NCBI RefSeq assembly: GCF_046119375.1
Contig: NW_027362769.1
Coordinates: 370,574,001 to 370,638,000 of the forward strand
Direction of reading: 5' to 3'
Length of the DNA: 64,000 bases
DNA from: Phyllobates terribilis
Taxonomy: Eukaryota
Below are positions 62,001 to 64,000 of the stretch, in pieces. Each line of letters starts with the position of its first letter. Positions within the stretch are counted from its first letter, which is position 1. A model generated the notes under the pieces. That model was not told the origin of the DNA. It searched no databases and saw only the letters and a list, made by a program, of their open reading frames with translations. The translations under genes were made by a program, and so were the position numbers.

Positions 62001-62648
62001 TCGTTTTAAACTTATCACGCTTACCCACAAAGCGCTCCATGCTTCAGTACCCCCCTACATCTCCTCCCTTGTCTCAGTCTACCACCCTACACGTGCCCTC
62101 CGTTCTGCAAATGACTTGAAACTAAAATCCTCCATAATCCGAACTTCCCACTCCCGTCTCCAAGATTTCTCGCGTGCTGCGCCAATTCTCTGGAATGCAC
62201 TACCCAGGACAGTTCGATTAATTCCCAATACCCACAGTTTCAAGCGAACCCTAAAAACACATTTCTTTAGACTGGCGTATCACCTAAACACACTCTGTCC
62301 ATCCCAGCTTTCCCCCATATTAAAATCTTCTTCAACTTCGGGTTCAAACCAACCATGCACATAAAAGCCTCTGTCAGGACTGCACACATACTGGCAGGCG
62401 ACCAGTCCATGTATTATTATTTATCCTATTCAGTATATCAAGGCTGCATTATACAATATATGTACTTTTTACCTTTTGTGTCTCCCCCACTTCCTCATAG
62501 ACTGTAAGCTCGCGAGCAGGGCCCTCACTCCTTTCGATATGAGATATGCTTATTCTGTATTGTCTGTATAAGTCCCCCCTAAAATTTGTAAAGTGCTGCG
62601 GAATATGTTGGCGCTATAAAAATAAACTATTATTATTATTATTATTAT
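59025..62648 (+). mobile_element. L2-clade (CR1 group) LINE, near-intact ORF2 (2A-like peptide + APE endonuclease + RT), 3' stem-loop and (ATT)n tail
   Basis: APE motifs WNARS, LTETW, GDFN, LDLIFS, SDH; RT motifs [13 protein letters not shown] and YADD (61447-61458). The two ORFs join if one A is removed from the A7 run at 60631-60637. Stem-loop at 62592-62615. The 5' boundary is uncertain. Confidence 0.95.
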
Positions 62649-63823
62649 AAGTGACATGCACTTTCTTTTCTCCCACCAGGAGTTTTTCAAAACTTTTAAG
62701 TGGAAGAAACCTGCTCAAAAGAGTGAACATAATGAGTGCCAAAGTGGTTTTACAATAGAAATTAATAGGAAGAGTCTTTCAAGGTTGTTGTTTTTTTGTG
62801 TGTTTTTTCAGAGTAGATCCACTCTAAAAGACACCTCAATAAACCGAATCACCCGCAACCCTGAACAGAGATTCTCAAAGGCCGTCTTAGCACGGATATA
62901 ATCCGCTAGGAGAGCTGGTGACTAAGAAATATCTTTTACATGGCCCGCCAACCTGTGTTCCCAACATCCAGTTCCCGTCCTGTGAGAAGTGTTGAACTTG
63001 AATTCTCTGAGCCTTGAACCAATATCTGAAAGCCCCTCTGCCTGAGCTCTGTCGAAAAGTTGCATTACATAGAATTGGAAATAGAGAAGTCTGCTCTCAG
63101 GATGGATGTGAGGAGGCCTCTTTCAGGTGTGGCCTATTGTTGGGTGAGTGGAATTCTGTCTCCTGACCGAGGAGTGGCCAACTATGGAGTGGGGAGAAAA
63201 ACCTGCTCCATCTTGTTTATGTTCCCTGCGCCTGCACCAGTCTATAAATGAAAAGAATTTCGGTCTGGTTCACTGCTCCTCCACATACAGGTTCAGGGAA
63301 GAATAATTCTTCTGCCTTGAGTTTGGTTTGAGGAAGAGAAGTGCAGTCTGTCTCCAACTTTCATCCAGTGTCCCCATCCTGCTGGAACAGGGGAGACGCA
63401 TTACCCTCTCAGATTGATGAGTTTTCCTTTGCCTTACCGCACACGCTCACATATCTGTTAGTTGTCGCGCTCTTACTATGTGTGACTTGTGGTTTGCTGC
63501 TCTGTTGAAGTTCCAGATGTTGGATGTGGTCACTGTCCTGGACCTTTAGCCTGGATCAGACTGGAAGACCGGGCCTGAGAATTCAGGTATTTGGCGTCTG
63601 ACACCATTCCAGACCTCCACCGCTCTACTCTAATACTGTGCCATATACCGTACTTGGCTCTGCTATGTTGCTGTTTTGTGATGCCTCACATACTTATCTT
63701 TGCGACATTGCTGGGCTCTGCTACTTTGTCACTCAGTGCCTCCTGATATACCCCAGGTCTGCTACATTGCCACTTTGTGCCTCCTGATCTAACCAGATCT
63801 GCTACATTGTTTGGTTCTGCTTC

Positions 63824-64000
63824 TGTCACGCGTGTGTCAGAGGTGACAGTCGCCCTGCAGTTGGTTGCAGGAGATCTCTTCGTTTGACATTACAGACATC
63901 TTAGAGGCTGGCTGTCTCTAGGACCCAGCGGGTACCTCCCTCTGGTAATTAACTCCCTGGCCTGGGTGTATAAATACCTGGTGTGCCTGAGAGGGAGATG
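63824..64000 (+). mobile_element. Possible LTR 5' portion, truncated by the window edge
   Basis: Begins TGTCACG and contains TATAAATA at about 63969; no second LTR is visible. Confidence 0.25.

Overview
Vertebrate genomic DNA, most likely a frog (inferred from the repeat families and the divergence of the protein). The window holds one complete protein-coding gene, exportin-6 (XPO6), on the + strand. It has 24 coding exons (ATG at 31808, TGA at 53410-53412), all with GT-AG introns, giving a 3423-nt CDS and 1140 aa. A CCAAT/YY1/ETS promoter lies at about 31.0-31.25 kb and a polyA signal at 53951. The remainder is repeat-rich. It includes more than 15 minisatellite arrays, which explain almost all long ORFs in the supplied track, and hAT-, T2/Kolobok- and Harbinger-type MITEs. 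There is also a Tc1 derivative whose 5' half is replaced by an inverted copy of its 3' end, a degenerate Gypsy pol fragment and possible DIRS-like fragments. A near-intact L2-clade LINE (APE+RT, one +1 frameshift in an A-run) carries a 2A-like GDISPNPGP motif. There is one assembly gap (19118-19274). No rRNA, tRNA or CRISPR array was found. Comparisons with human XPO6 are from recalled sequence and exon sizes, not a database search.
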